Shown here piece after piece: positions 35,860-46,414 of a DNA stretch of 64,000 bases. Position 1 is the first letter of the stretch, and each line of letters opens with the position of its first letter. The stretch comes from Gammaproteobacteria bacterium (GTDB lineage: Bacteria; Pseudomonadota; Gammaproteobacteria; Steroidobacterales; JABDMI01), in assembly GCA_013001575.1 (NCBI GenBank), contig JABDMI010000071.1:1171-65170 (forward strand), read 5' to 3'. Position numbers and translations under genes: made by a program. The notes under the pieces are model-generated. The model ran no database searches and had not been told where the DNA came from. It saw only the letters and a list, made by a program, of their open reading frames with translations.

Positions 35860-38271
35860 ATGGCAAAAAGACATAAACAACGCAAGCAGGCAAGATACCT
35901 AAAAGCGACTCAATCCATTCGCACTCAAGGAGCCACGTCAGCTGATTCACAATTTGGACATGTGCGATCAATGATCGGGGGAAAATACTTGATCCCGTTG
36001 ACAAGTGCTGTACTACTAACTTCCTACTCTTATGCTCTGGGGATTCAGGATATCCAGGTTAATTCCAATCTGGGTGAACCTTTATCAGCCATGGTCTATT
36101 TAAGTACAGTTCCGGGTGAAAGAATCAGTAACGACTGTTTTAGTGTTGTAAACAGCACGGCAAATTCTGGCCTGCCATCAGTAAAGAATGCCACGTTGAA
36201 TATGACTCGTTCAAACGGCCAACTGGCATTGCAGGTTTCATCCACAACTGCTGTAAAAGAACCCATTAGTGAAATTGCCATTGCAACCACTTGTCAGTCA
36301 CTACCAATTATTGAACGCACCTACACACTGATGCTTGACCCTGCTCCTATTCGAGAAGCACGTCTGGCAAATTCTGTGTATCAACCCGTAAACAATACAC
36401 GCACTGATAGCAGTGTAAGTCCAAGACAAACCACACGCACCAGAGCTGTTAATTACGGTGGACCGATTGCTCAGAGCTCACAATACGTTGTTAAAGTTGG
36501 CGACAACCTGTCAACCATCGCGGCGCGTATCGCAGACAGACCTATCGGCTCTGTGTGGGACCTGGCTGCTGCAATTCACAGCAGTAACCCGCAAGCTTTT
36601 ACTAACAACAACCCCAATCTCATTGAATTGGGTGCGGTTATCAACATTCCCGCGATTGACAATGCAATCAGCAATATTAGCCCGGATAAAATGGCTGCGA
36701 TCATAAATAGCCCGCAAAACAATAATTCAGCCATTTCAGTATCAAGCGCAACACCTGCCAACATAATCCCCGGCAACTCGGAAAGTACTGCTGTAGGCCA
36801 TAACACAGAAAACCTGAATAATGCAGCAACTGCTGTAACCAGCTTTACTCCTGCGCCACAAACACAATTGCCTGTCATGACAGCATCTATGCGACTTTCA
36901 GCTCTTTCGCTGGAGAGAATTCAAGGTAGAAATAGCGGTTTGGCCATAGCGCAAGAGTACATTCCGGATACAAGTAAACTATTCCCTGGAAACAAAGACA
37001 CACAGGCAGCTGTCGAAGTACCGCTTGTTGCGATCACACCAAATCAATCTGGTCAAAACTTAACACCCGAAGTTGAAGTTCCTGGCTCACAAAGCAGCGG
37101 CGAAAAATCATCCGGTCTGTTTGGAAAATTCGGACTATTTGCCCTACTGGCCAGTCTCTTGGCCTTTGCTTTCGCCACTTGGAAATTCATTATTCCAAAC
37201 GTACGCCGCAGAATGCGTCTGGACTTCATTCGTTCTGTGCGTGAGCATGCGCGTAAGCAGGATTACCTAGAGAAAAATAAAGCTCGTAAGGAAAGACTCA
37301 GAAATTCAGCGATTGAAGACAGCATTGTCACTCCTGAAGTTGAGTCATTGTCGAGCAATCCTGTGGAGAGAATGCAGGATGCGACCTTAGACACTCTCAA
37401 TACCGAAATTGAAGACAATCCATTCGATCTGGAGAGTTCGTCGCTTGAGATAAATACCAGCGAATCGGGTATTTCACCAACGCTTGAAATCGAAGACGAT
37501 TACAACCTTAGAGATACCTCATCCAGAAAATCAGGTGGGCCGCGTAAGTCAAACGTGGCTGAAGAAATTTACGAAGTCGGCATGATCGATGACACGGGTG
37601 AACTGGTTTCATTGACCACTGCCTTCCCCGAGCTTGAAGCTGAATTGAATGCACGTCTTGGTGATGACGTACCAGACCTGGGTAGCGATCTGGAAATTGA
37701 CGAATTTGTTGATGATATTGTTGGTACGCGTCAAACCAGAACCATGGAAACCCAAAGCGCAGACTTTGGTGACCTGCAACTGGATCCGGATCTGATTCCA
37801 TCAGAAAACGCAGAAACCATGACTGTTGAATTAAAGGGTAATCTTGCAGAAAGCCTCGATCTCGAATTACCCGGCTTAATGGATGACGAAACTGTTGCCC
37901 TGGAAGCCGATTTTGAAACTATTGCTAAAGATGAAGATTTTTCCAAAACCATGGTCTTTAATGAAGAGATATTTACTGATTCTGAGGATCCATTAAATGC
38001 AACCACTATTTCTTCTGAAAAAATCGATGTAGATGCCGAAACCCGCGTCGCCCCGGTATTAACCGATGCGGATGGATTGTCGCCTTCGGACTTCGGATTG
38101 GCTGATGAAGACTTCCCGGTTGATCGTGAAAATTATTCCTATCTCGAACCTGATGCGAGTATCGAAACACGGGCCTTGAATTTAACTGCCGAAGAACTTG
38201 CAGAACTGGGCTTTGACGAAGACGATAACATTATTCCATTTGATCCGGACAAGCGTAAAAAGTCTGCTTAA
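35860..38271 (+). CDS. FimV/HubP-like protein (periplasmic FimV N-domain plus LysM, one TM helix, long acidic cytoplasmic tail)
   Basis: LGIQDIQVNSNLGEPLSAMVYL FimV-type N-domain. LysM YVVKVGDNLSTIAARI...NPNLIELGAVINIP. TM helix LFALLASLLAFAFATWKFI. D/E-rich C-terminal half. Start placed at ATG 35860. Confidence 0.7.
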   Translation: MAKRHKQRKQARYLKATQSIRTQGATSADSQFGHVRSMIGGKYLIPLTSAVLLTSYSYALGIQDIQVNSNLGEPLSAMVYLSTVPGERISNDCFSVVNSTANSGLPSVKNATLNMTRSNGQLALQVSSTTAVKEPISEIAIATTCQSLPIIERTYTLMLDPAPIREARLANSVYQPVNNTRTDSSVSPRQTTRTRAVNYGGPIAQSSQYVVKVGDNLSTIAARIADRPIGSVWDLAAAIHSSNPQAFTNNNPNLIELGAVINIPAIDNAISNISPDKMAAIINSPQNNNSAISVSSATPANIIPGNSESTAVGHNTENLNNAATAVTSFTPAPQTQLPVMTASMRLSALSLERIQGRNSGLAIAQEYIPDTSKLFPGNKDTQAAVEVPLVAITPNQSGQNLTPEVEVPGSQSSGEKSSGLFGKFGLFALLASLLAFAFATWKFIIPNVRRRMRLDFIRSVREHARKQDYLEKNKARKERLRNSAIEDSIVTPEVESLSSNPVERMQDATLDTLNTEIEDNPFDLESSSLEINTSESGISPTLEIEDDYNLRDTSSRKSGGPRKSNVAEEIYEVGMIDDTGELVSLTTAFPELEAELNARLGDDVPDLGSDLEIDEFVDDIVGTRQTRTMETQSADFGDLQLDPDLIPSENAETMTVELKGNLAESLDLELPGLMDDETVALEADFETIAKDEDFSKTMVFNEEIFTDSEDPLNATTISSEKIDVDAETRVAPVLTDADGLSPSDFGLADEDFPVDRENYSYLEPDASIETRALNLTAEELAELGFDEDDNIIPFDPDKRKKSA

Positions 38272-38293
38272 ATAAAAACTGATTCACAACAAT

Positions 38294-38324
38294 AAAAATA
38301 ACCGGCCAGTGGCCGGTTATTTTT
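38294..38324. terminator. Bidirectional rho-independent terminator between the fimV-like gene and parC
   Basis: AAAAATAACCGGCC-AGT-GGCCGGTTATTTTT. Confidence 0.85.
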
Positions 38325-38342
38325 GCTTCTGAACCTGCTTGC

Positions 38343-40595
38343 TTATTTTGTTTCAACATAGGCTTTTTTAACATTGCGCCAGCCCTTGGGTAACAAGCTA
38401 CCGCGTTTACCACGTTCAGACATATACGCCTCCAGATCCTTGCGCTTCAGGGTCATGGTGCGATTGACGGTATCCAGTTTTAATATTCCATTTTCCGGGA
38501 CAACAACTGTCGCAATCACGCTCTCATCACCGCTGTTGAATTTCTTGGCCGAGATCCCGAACAACTTGTTACCTTTACCTTTGGCCAATTCGGGCACCTC
38601 ACTCAATGCATAGACCAGTAAACGGCCTTGATCATTGACCACCGCAATCAGATCATTGTCGTAATCGTGTACCAGACTGGGGGTTAATACATTCGCACCC
38701 TTGGGAACAGACAAAACTTTTTTCCCGGCTTTGTTTCGGGTTAAAGTATTTTCCAGTGTAACCACAAAGCCATACCCGGCACTGCTGGAGAGCAAGTATC
38801 GCGAGTCGTTTGCTCCCATCATGACACCGGCAAACACCGAACCGTCAGGCTGTTTGACATAACTCGCCAACGGGTCACCATGACTGCGTGCCGACGGTAA
38901 ACCGTGCGCATTGATAGCGTAAGTTCGACCAGTGCTATCAAGGAAGATCGCCTGTTGATTGCTGCGACCTTGTGCAGCAGCCAAGTACTCGTCACCCGAC
39001 TTGTAACCCAGGCCAGAAACATCGATATCATGACCTTTGGCCGCCCGAATGTATCCACGCGAAGATAATATGACGGTAACCGGTTCACTCGGCACTAATG
39101 AGCTTTCATCAATGGCTTTTGCTGCAGCACGTTCTATGATGTGGGTGCGGCGTTCATCGGCGTAAATTTCCGCATCGGCCTTAAGTTCATTTTTCACCAG
39201 GGTTTTTAAACGCGTTTTTGACCCGAGAGTTTTTTCCAGATCTTTTTTCTCGGCCGCTAATTCCTTACGCTCGCCTTCAATTTTAAACTCTTCAAGTTTG
39301 GCAAGATGGCGTAGTTTCAGATCAAGGATCGCATCGGCTTGAATGTCCGAGAGCTTGAACTTTTTCATCAACACCGGTTTGGGCTTGTCTTCTTTTCGAA
39401 TAATTGCGATAACTTTGTCGATATTCAGATACGCGATCAAATACCCATCCAGAATATGCAAACGTGCATCTACTTTACCCAGGCGATATCTCAGGCGGCG
39501 TGTAACGGTGTCGAGTCGAAAGCTGATCCATTCCTTAAGCAGAGTGCGTAAATCAAATAATTTTGGCGCGCCGTTGAGGGCAATCGCATTCATATTAATA
39601 CGATAGGTGCGTTCCAGATCGGTGGTCGCGAACAAATGCAACATCAGCGCTTCGCAATCCACTCGGTTGGAGCGCGGCTCGATCACCAAACGCACCGGAT
39701 TTTCATGGTCGGATTCATCGCGGAGATCCGAGACCATGGGCAGTTTGCGAGCGCGCATTTGAGTTGCGATCTGCTCCAGGACCTTATTCCCCGAAACTTG
39801 ATACGGTAATTCATAGATCACAATGCTTTGTCCGTCTTTTTCGTAACTGGCACGTAGTTTCATGGTGCCATTACCCGTTTTGTAAATATCCACCAGATCG
39901 GATTGCGGGGTAACGATCTCTCCACCGGTTGGATAATCCGGACCCTGGATGTATTTACACAGCTCGGCCACACTGGCTTTGGGCTTATCAAGTAAATGCA
40001 CACAGGCTTTCACAACTTCTTGCATATTATGCGGCGGTACATCGGTAGACATGCCCACAGCAATACCGGTGGTGCCATTCAATAACAAATTGGGCAACCG
40101 CGCGGGCAACACTTCGGGCTCTTGCAGGGTGCCATCAAAATTCGCTTTCCACTCAACCGTGCCCGAACCCAGTTCTTGTAACAGGGTTTTGGCGTAGGCG
40201 CTCATTTTCGATTCGGTATAGCGCATTGCGGCAAAAGACTTGGGGTCGTCTTGCGAGCCCCAGTTGCCCTGCCCGGTGATCAAGGGATAACGATAAGAAA
40301 AGGGTTGCGCCATCAGGACCATGGCTTCGTAACAGGCGCTGTCGCCGTGCGGGTGGAATTTACCCAGCACATCACCTACCGTGCGTGCGGATTTTTTCGG
40401 TTTGGACGCCGCGCTTAAACCCAATTCACTCATCGCATAGGTGATGCGGCGTTGCACCGGTTTTAAGCCATCGGCCACACTCGGCAAGGCCCGATCGAGA
40501 ATGACATACATCGAATAATCCAGGTAGGATCGTTCGGCAAAATCCTTTACCGGGAGTTGTTCGACGCCTTCAAAGTTTAACTCTTGGTTGCTCAT
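38343..40595 (-). CDS. parC: DNA topoisomerase IV subunit A
   Basis: 750 aa GyrA/ParC family (AMRYTE active-site Tyr region); the size and the adjacent parE indicate ParC rather than GyrA. Confidence 0.9.
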   Translation of the reverse strand: MSNQELNFEGVEQLPVKDFAERSYLDYSMYVILDRALPSVADGLKPVQRRITYAMSELGLSAASKPKKSARTVGDVLGKFHPHGDSACYEAMVLMAQPFSYRYPLITGQGNWGSQDDPKSFAAMRYTESKMSAYAKTLLQELGSGTVEWKANFDGTLQEPEVLPARLPNLLLNGTTGIAVGMSTDVPPHNMQEVVKACVHLLDKPKASVAELCKYIQGPDYPTGGEIVTPQSDLVDIYKTGNGTMKLRASYEKDGQSIVIYELPYQVSGNKVLEQIATQMRARKLPMVSDLRDESDHENPVRLVIEPRSNRVDCEALMLHLFATTDLERTYRINMNAIALNGAPKLFDLRTLLKEWISFRLDTVTRRLRYRLGKVDARLHILDGYLIAYLNIDKVIAIIRKEDKPKPVLMKKFKLSDIQADAILDLKLRHLAKLEEFKIEGERKELAAEKKDLEKTLGSKTRLKTLVKNELKADAEIYADERRTHIIERAAAKAIDESSLVPSEPVTVILSSRGYIRAAKGHDIDVSGLGYKSGDEYLAAAQGRSNQQAIFLDSTGRTYAINAHGLPSARSHGDPLASYVKQPDGSVFAGVMMGANDSRYLLSSSAGYGFVVTLENTLTRNKAGKKVLSVPKGANVLTPSLVHDYDNDLIAVVNDQGRLLVYALSEVPELAKGKGNKLFGISAKKFNSGDESVIATVVVPENGILKLDTVNRTMTLKRKDLEAYMSERGKRGSLLPKGWRNVKKAYVETK

Positions 40596-40635
40596 ATTAT
40601 TTCCGTAAGAAAATCTTTTGTAATTTCACTGTAAA

Positions 40636-41409
40636 TTAGAACGATGGTTTATAGCCGAACAATGTATGGATCGGCCACTGGATGAGTCTTGTTTCTGAAT
40701 CGCCCCAGTGTGCAGCGACTTGTTGTTTGGCTTTGTGCAAAAAATCAGTCCCGTTATCTTTCATATAGGCCTGAGTTGACGACCAGGACAAAAAGTACTG
40801 GAACAACTGATCAAGAGTCCAATACAATTCAATATTAAGATCGGGGCTAGCAATTCGTGCGTACGGGAAATTTACGACTTCGGCTTGATACCCGCCCCAC
40901 AGCAATTGGGCTTTAGGGTTCCAGTAATCCTCCAACACATCGACCAGATTTTTCTGTAACTGAAAATCTATCTCAAAATCAATTTTGGTCCAGTCATATC
41001 CCCAGGCCGCAAACAAACCACCGGGTTTCAGTACCCGATCCACCTCAGGCCAGAATTCAGCATAGTCAAACCAGTGTAATGCCTGGGCAACGCTGACCAG
41101 GTCGACATTATTATTCTGAAAATCGGTTGACTCCGCAGACTGTACCGAATACACAATGTTGTTGCCATGAATTGCTGACGCGATCTGTTGTTGATTGATG
41201 TCTGTGGCAAACACACGCTCGAAACGTTTAGCCAATGGTACGGCCGCTTGCCCGTTACCGGTTGCTACATCCCAAACCGTTTCTTTGTGAGCACAAAGCG
41301 ACAAAATATGATCGTACAGCGCTTCAGGGTATGTTGGTCTGGCCTCGGCGTACAACTGTGCGTGCCCGCCAAACATATCACCTGTAGATTTTTTTAGACC
41401 TGGAGACAT
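40636..41409 (-). CDS. Class I SAM-dependent methyltransferase
   Basis: Motif I VWDVATGNGQAA and a Methyltransf_11-like core; function unknown. Confidence 0.75.
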   Translation of the reverse strand: MSPGLKKSTGDMFGGHAQLYAEARPTYPEALYDHILSLCAHKETVWDVATGNGQAAVPLAKRFERVFATDINQQQIASAIHGNNIVYSVQSAESTDFQNNNVDLVSVAQALHWFDYAEFWPEVDRVLKPGGLFAAWGYDWTKIDFEIDFQLQKNLVDVLEDYWNPKAQLLWGGYQAEVVNFPYARIASPDLNIELYWTLDQLFQYFLSWSSTQAYMKDNGTDFLHKAKQQVAAHWGDSETRLIQWPIHTLFGYKPSF

Positions 41410-41412
41410 GGA

Positions 41413-43299
41413 TCAATCAATGGTGGCCAACATGCCTTTTTCTTCCAGCCATTTTTTGCGATCTTTGGAACGTTTTTTGGATAACAACATGTCGATCATT
41501 TGATGGGTTTTGTCTTTTGCATCCAGCGTGAGTTGCACCAGGCGGCGTGTTTCGGGCGCCATACTGGTTTCGCGTAATTGCAGCGGGTTCATTTCACCCA
41601 AACCTTTAAAACGTGTAGTGGTGATCTTGCCTTTGATCTTTTCAGCTTCGATGCGGTCAAGAATGCCTTTTTGTTCACTGTCATCCAGAGCGTAAAACAC
41701 CTGTTTGCCCACATCAATACGGTACAAAGGTGGCATGGCAATGTATATATGCCCCGCCTCAACCAGGGGTCGATAATGTCTTAAGAACAACGCACACAGC
41801 AAGGTTGCAATGTGCAAGCCATCCGAGTCGGCATCCGCCAGAATACAAATTTTGTGATAACGTAAATTGGAAATTTTTTCCGAACCGGGATCAACCCCTA
41901 TCGCGACGGAAATATCGTGTACTTCTTGTGAGGCCTGCACTTGTGAGGAATCGACTTCCCAGGTGTTGAGAATTTTCCCACGCAGTGGCATCACCGCCTG
42001 GGTCTCACGGTTGCGCGCCTGCTTGGCCGAGCCGCCCGCCGAGTCGCCTTCCACTAAGAACAACTCGCACAATTCAGGACTTTGCAAGGTGCAATCCGCG
42101 AGTTTCCCGGGCAAGGCGGGACCGGTAACAATTTTTTTACGTACGACCTTTTTACTTTCGCGCAAGCGTTTTTGTGCATTGCTAATGGCCATTTGGGCAA
42201 TGGCTTCCCCGGCGTCCGGGTGTTGATTCAACCAGGTTGAAAATTCATCTTTCATAACCCCGGAAACAAAGGCCGCGGATTCGCGTGAAGCCAGTTTTTC
42301 TTTGGTCTGGCCTGCGAACTGGGGATCTTTAAGTTTGACCGAGAGTACATAACTGACCCGGTTCCAGACATCGTCCGGCGCCAGACGCACGCCACGCGGT
42401 AACAGACTGCGAAATTCGCAAAACTCCCGCACCGCATCGGTCAAGCCGGTACGTAAGCCGTTCACGTGCGTGCCACCCATTAAGGTCGGAATCAAATTCA
42501 CATAGCTTTCGGTCAGCAGATCACCCTCCGCCTGCCAGGCAATTGCCCAATCAACTTGCTCGGTGTTGCCTTGCTTGGAACCACTGAAGGTTTCAGCGGG
42601 TAACAGAGTTTCTTCTTTGAGCGACTGCAATAAGTACTCGGAAAGATCCCCCTGAAAGCACCACTCTTCACGATCACCGGTGCGCTCCACAAACAAACGT
42701 ATGCGTAAGCCCGGGCACAAAACCGCTTTGGCTCTTAACAGGTGCTTGAGTTTGGGCAGGGATATGTTGATGGAGTCGAAATATTTTTTCTCGGGCCAGA
42801 AATGAATACTGGTGCCCGTGTTTTTCTCACCAACCTTGCCAATTTTTTTCAGTTTTTGTTTACGCTTGCCACTGGCAAATTGCATACTGTGCTCGGCGGC
42901 ATTGCGTTTTACCTTAACGATGAGTTTTTCCGACAAGGCATTGACCACCGACACGCCCACACCATGCAAACCGCCGGAAAACTCGTAATTCTCGCCGGAA
43001 AACTTACCACCGGCGTGGAGGCGTGTGAGGATTAGCTCAACTCCGGGAATTTTTTCTTTGGGATGGATGTCCACGGGCATACCACGGCCGTCATCGATCA
43101 CTTCAATGGAAGAATCTTTATAGACATTAACGTCAATTTTGTTGCAGTAACCGGCGATCGCCTCATCAACACTGTTATCGACCACTTCCTGAATCAGGTG
43201 ATTGGGACGCGTGGTGTCTGTGTACATACCCGGACGTTTGCGTACCGGGTCCAGACCGCTTAAGACTTCAATATCCGCAGCGCTGTATTTTTTTGCCAT
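41413..43299 (-). CDS. parE: DNA topoisomerase IV subunit B
   Basis: 628 aa GHKL ATPase plus TOPRIM (LVEGDSAGGSAKQ); short ParE-type length. Confidence 0.92.
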   Translation of the reverse strand: MAKKYSAADIEVLSGLDPVRKRPGMYTDTTRPNHLIQEVVDNSVDEAIAGYCNKIDVNVYKDSSIEVIDDGRGMPVDIHPKEKIPGVELILTRLHAGGKFSGENYEFSGGLHGVGVSVVNALSEKLIVKVKRNAAEHSMQFASGKRKQKLKKIGKVGEKNTGTSIHFWPEKKYFDSINISLPKLKHLLRAKAVLCPGLRIRLFVERTGDREEWCFQGDLSEYLLQSLKEETLLPAETFSGSKQGNTEQVDWAIAWQAEGDLLTESYVNLIPTLMGGTHVNGLRTGLTDAVREFCEFRSLLPRGVRLAPDDVWNRVSYVLSVKLKDPQFAGQTKEKLASRESAAFVSGVMKDEFSTWLNQHPDAGEAIAQMAISNAQKRLRESKKVVRKKIVTGPALPGKLADCTLQSPELCELFLVEGDSAGGSAKQARNRETQAVMPLRGKILNTWEVDSSQVQASQEVHDISVAIGVDPGSEKISNLRYHKICILADADSDGLHIATLLCALFLRHYRPLVEAGHIYIAMPPLYRIDVGKQVFYALDDSEQKGILDRIEAEKIKGKITTTRFKGLGEMNPLQLRETSMAPETRRLVQLTLDAKDKTHQMIDMLLSKKRSKDRKKWLEEKGMLATID

Positions 43300-43330
43300 A
43301 GGTGTTTTCTAAAATTTATTAATGAATACA

Positions 43331-43366
43331 AAAACAAAAAAGCTCACACATTGTAGCGTGAGCTTT
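43331..43366 (-). terminator. Rho-independent terminator downstream of the DUF3501 operon
   Basis: Minus strand AAAGCTCAC-(10 nt)-GTGAGCTTT followed by TTTGTTTT. Confidence 0.65.
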
Positions 43367-43458
43367 AGACTCTGGCGAGATTTCCAGACTTTATTTTGCA
43401 GATAATTTGATTTCTGCCCGAGAATTACCCAATTAGGATATATATTGCTTATTCCTGA

Positions 43459-44046
43459 TCAGGCAAAATCTTTCACAAGTGCCTGTTTGATGTTTTCGGC
43501 GACCGTGATGTGCTTGGGCGGAAACGCCGGGTGCTCAATTCCGGCCAGCAAATCGGCACCATTGCGCAAGGCCTTGATCATGTCATCGCTGAATTCAAAA
43601 CGCGTAAAATGTACCGCGGAAGTTTTTTCATCGGTGGTCCGCTCCAGGTCCTCATCAGATATTGCGTAGACCTTGTCAAACCCTTCTACCTGCAAATACG
43701 TCTGGTCCTCAATCCCTCTTAATTCGGCCAGGCGTTTTTTTCGCAGCTCGATATCGGGGTATTCCAACATAAAAGTGGCCTTCAGGTTTTTGCCGTCCGG
43801 GATGAGCGGATTGTAGGCGTCCAGTTCTTCGTTGATCCCAGCAGCATCGAAAATACGCTCGACTCGCAGCATTTCCTGGATCTGGTATTGCAAGGTCAGG
43901 CGATTTTCAAAATACAGATTGGCATTCTCGGTAATTTCCAGACGCCGGTGCGTTTTTTCCTGCATGACCTTGTCACGAAAGGACGGACGCTCAACGGCAT
44001 AGACTTCCAGTGACATGAGATCGTCGCGTGATAATTTGTTGTTCAT
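43459..44046 (-). CDS. DUF3501 family protein
   Basis: About 195 aa protein. Family assignment is from memory of the typical association with an adjacent CCG-domain Fe-S protein and rubrerythrin. Confidence 0.6.
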   Translation of the reverse strand: MNNKLSRDDLMSLEVYAVERPSFRDKVMQEKTHRRLEITENANLYFENRLTLQYQIQEMLRVERIFDAAGINEELDAYNPLIPDGKNLKATFMLEYPDIELRKKRLAELRGIEDQTYLQVEGFDKVYAISDEDLERTTDEKTSAVHFTRFEFSDDMIKALRNGADLLAGIEHPAFPPKHITVAENIKQALVKDFA

Positions 44047-44088
44047 GTAATTCTCTATTCTTGGATGTTAGTAAATGAAATGTGTTGA

Positions 44089-45438
44089 TCAAATTCCGTA
44101 AGCTTTTCGCAATAAGCTGATCGGGTGCATGGCGGCCGGTTGCGAGACCTTCTCGTCTTTCGCCACACCGGCCATGATCTGCTCGGCGGCCATTGGGCAA
44201 TCGCTGGTAAAGTGCTGCGGCTGGGCTTTTTTCACTTTATTCACGACAGGTCTGGCGATCTTAACGGAGATTTCGTGAAACTCTTCTTTGACCGCGTAAG
44301 TGCCATCGTGGCCGGAGCATCGTTCGATCGCATCCACGCTGGTATCCGGGATCAATTCCAGCATTTCCTTGGTTTTGAGCCCGATGTTCTGGACTCGCAG
44401 ATGACATGGCACCTGATATGAAATGTTACCAAGTACGGTCTTGAACTCGGTATTGAGTTTTTGTTCTTTGTGGCGCAGCAATAGATATTCAAACGGATCG
44501 TAGAATGCATCACGCACCTTGATCACATCCGGGTCGTCGGGGAACATTAATGGCAACTCCTGTTTGAACATCAACACACAGGAAGGCACCGGCGCTGTCA
44601 GATCCCAGCCCTCATCCACGAGTTTCGCCAGCACAGGAATGTTCTTGTTCTTGGATTCCTCGAGTGAATCCAGATCACCCAACTCGAATTTGGGCATGCC
44701 GCAACAAACTTCTTTATCCACCAGTTTGATCGGGATGCGGTTGTGTTCAAACACTTTGACCATATCCTCACCCATGCTGGGCAAATTGCGGTTGCCGTAA
44801 CAGGTGGCGAACAGGGCAAGTTTGCCGGTGGTGGTCGCGGTACTCTCGGCAGGAACAACCAAAGCCTGATGCTTTTTAAGGCGTTTACGCAATGATTTGC
44901 TATGGTATTCGGGCACCGGCGCATCGGCGTGCACCCCCAGGGTTTTTTGCAAAAGTTTGCGACCGGTTTTGGAACGATTTACCGCATTCACCGTTTCCGC
45001 GATGACCGGAATGCCGGCGAAACGTCCCACCCCGTCGGTATTACTCAAAAGTTTGTCGCGTGTGGAGGTTTCACCTTTTTTAAACTTCACCGCTTTGGCG
45101 CGTAACATTAAATGCGGAAAATCCACGTTCCATTCATGCGGTGGCACGTACGGGCACTTGCTCATGTAACACATGTCGCATAAATAGCAGTGGTCCACCA
45201 CTTGCCAGTAATCTTCTTTTTTTACCCCGTCAACCTCGAAGGTTTCGGATTCATCGACCAGATCGAACAAGGTCGGGAATGAATTACACAAATTAAAACA
45301 GCGGCGGCATCCATGACAGATATCAAACACCCGTTCCAGTTCTTCAAACAGATTTTTCTCGTTATAGAAATTATCCGACTTCCAGTCCAGAGGATGCCGG
45401 ATAGGTGCTTCGAGACTGCCTTCACGTTTGCTACTCAT
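44089..45438 (-). CDS. (Fe-S)-binding oxidoreductase, HdrD/GlpC-like (two 4Fe-4S ferredoxin motifs plus CCG domains)
   Basis: CHGCRRCFNLC and CYLCDMCYMSKCP cluster motifs; CCGMP and downstream Cys-rich repeat. Confidence 0.8.
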   Translation of the reverse strand: MSSKREGSLEAPIRHPLDWKSDNFYNEKNLFEELERVFDICHGCRRCFNLCNSFPTLFDLVDESETFEVDGVKKEDYWQVVDHCYLCDMCYMSKCPYVPPHEWNVDFPHLMLRAKAVKFKKGETSTRDKLLSNTDGVGRFAGIPVIAETVNAVNRSKTGRKLLQKTLGVHADAPVPEYHSKSLRKRLKKHQALVVPAESTATTTGKLALFATCYGNRNLPSMGEDMVKVFEHNRIPIKLVDKEVCCGMPKFELGDLDSLEESKNKNIPVLAKLVDEGWDLTAPVPSCVLMFKQELPLMFPDDPDVIKVRDAFYDPFEYLLLRHKEQKLNTEFKTVLGNISYQVPCHLRVQNIGLKTKEMLELIPDTSVDAIERCSGHDGTYAVKEEFHEISVKIARPVVNKVKKAQPQHFTSDCPMAAEQIMAGVAKDEKVSQPAAMHPISLLRKAYGI

Positions 45439-45452
45439 AACTCACCTTAAAA

Positions 45453-45851
45453 TTATTTGTCTTTATTATTGATATTCACACGCCAGGGTGGATTCACTCT
45501 GTTCTCACCCGCCCGGTACAAACACAGACGGTTATTGTCGGGATCCTGCAAACGGGCTTCACGCCACAGCCAGGATTGATCATCGGGTCCGGATTCAAAC
45601 ACAAAACCTTGCTTTTGTAAGCGCATAACACGCTCGTCGAGATCTTCACATTCAAAAAACACCAGACTGGTATTGTGCCCACCGGTATTATTTGGGTCAT
45701 GCAGATGCAAAGAAAATGTTGCATCACCGTCGGGGCACAAAAAGCGTAAATACTCTTTGGAATCCACGATCAGGGTAAACCCCATGCGCAAATAAAAATT
45801 TCGACTGCTCGCGATGTTGCTACTTGGCAAGGTGATCTGATTAAGGTTCAT
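45453..45851 (-). CDS. VOC (glyoxalase/bleomycin-resistance/dioxygenase) family protein
   Basis: About 130 aa, paired beta-alpha-beta-beta-beta pattern (ITLPSSNIASSRNFYLRMGF...). Confidence 0.65.
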   Translation of the reverse strand: MNLNQITLPSSNIASSRNFYLRMGFTLIVDSKEYLRFLCPDGDATFSLHLHDPNNTGGHNTSLVFFECEDLDERVMRLQKQGFVFESGPDDQSWLWREARLQDPDNNRLCLYRAGENRVNPPWRVNINNKDK

Positions 45852-45965
45852 GCTTGAAGCAGGATTGGCATTGATAATAGATTTAGCATAACCAAGAAAA
45901 GGGGCATAACGCCCCTTTTCAAAAGCGTTTATCCAACGCCACTCTGCTTATACAAACGCCAGTTA

Positions 45966-46385
45966 TTAACTGTCGAGATTATCCAGAGCTTTTTGGAACC
46001 GATTGGCGTGTGAACGCTCGGCCTTCGCCAGAGTTTCAAACCAGTCGGCAATTTCATCAAAGCCTTCGTCGCGAGCGTCTTTGGCCATGCCCGGATACAT
46101 ATCGGTGTATTCATGGGTTTCACCAGCAATCGCTGCTTTCAAATTGTCGCCGGTTGCACCGATTGGCAATCCTGTGGCCGGATCGCCCGACTCTTCCAGA
46201 TACTCCAGATGGCCATGCGCGTGACCGGTTTCGCCTTCAGCGGTAGAACGGAAGACTGAGGCAACGTCGTTGTAGCCTTCAATATCGGCCTTGGCTGCAA
46301 AATACAAATAGCGGCGATTTGCTTGTGATTCACCGGCAAATGCCTCTTTCAAATGAGCTTCGGTCTTGGAACCTTTTAGTGCCAT
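45966..46385 (-). CDS. Rubrerythrin-family diiron protein (no rubredoxin domain)
   Basis: Four-helix ferritin-like motifs: E...ExxH twice ([20 protein letters not shown]). Typical rubrerythrin N-terminus [31 protein letters not shown]. Confidence 0.85.
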   Translation of the reverse strand: MALKGSKTEAHLKEAFAGESQANRRYLYFAAKADIEGYNDVASVFRSTAEGETGHAHGHLEYLEESGDPATGLPIGATGDNLKAAIAGETHEYTDMYPGMAKDARDEGFDEIADWFETLAKAERSHANRFQKALDNLDS

Positions 46386-46395
46386 AACAATCTCC

Positions 46396-46414
46396 TGATT
46401 TCATAATGATTTCA
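46396..46414. promoter_or_regulatory. Direct repeat TGATTTCA-TAA-TGATTTCA abutting the rubrerythrin SD (candidate regulator site)
   Basis: Two identical octamers with 11-bp periodicity at 46396-46403 and 46407-46414, directly upstream of the rubrerythrin ribosome-binding site. Confidence 0.35.
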
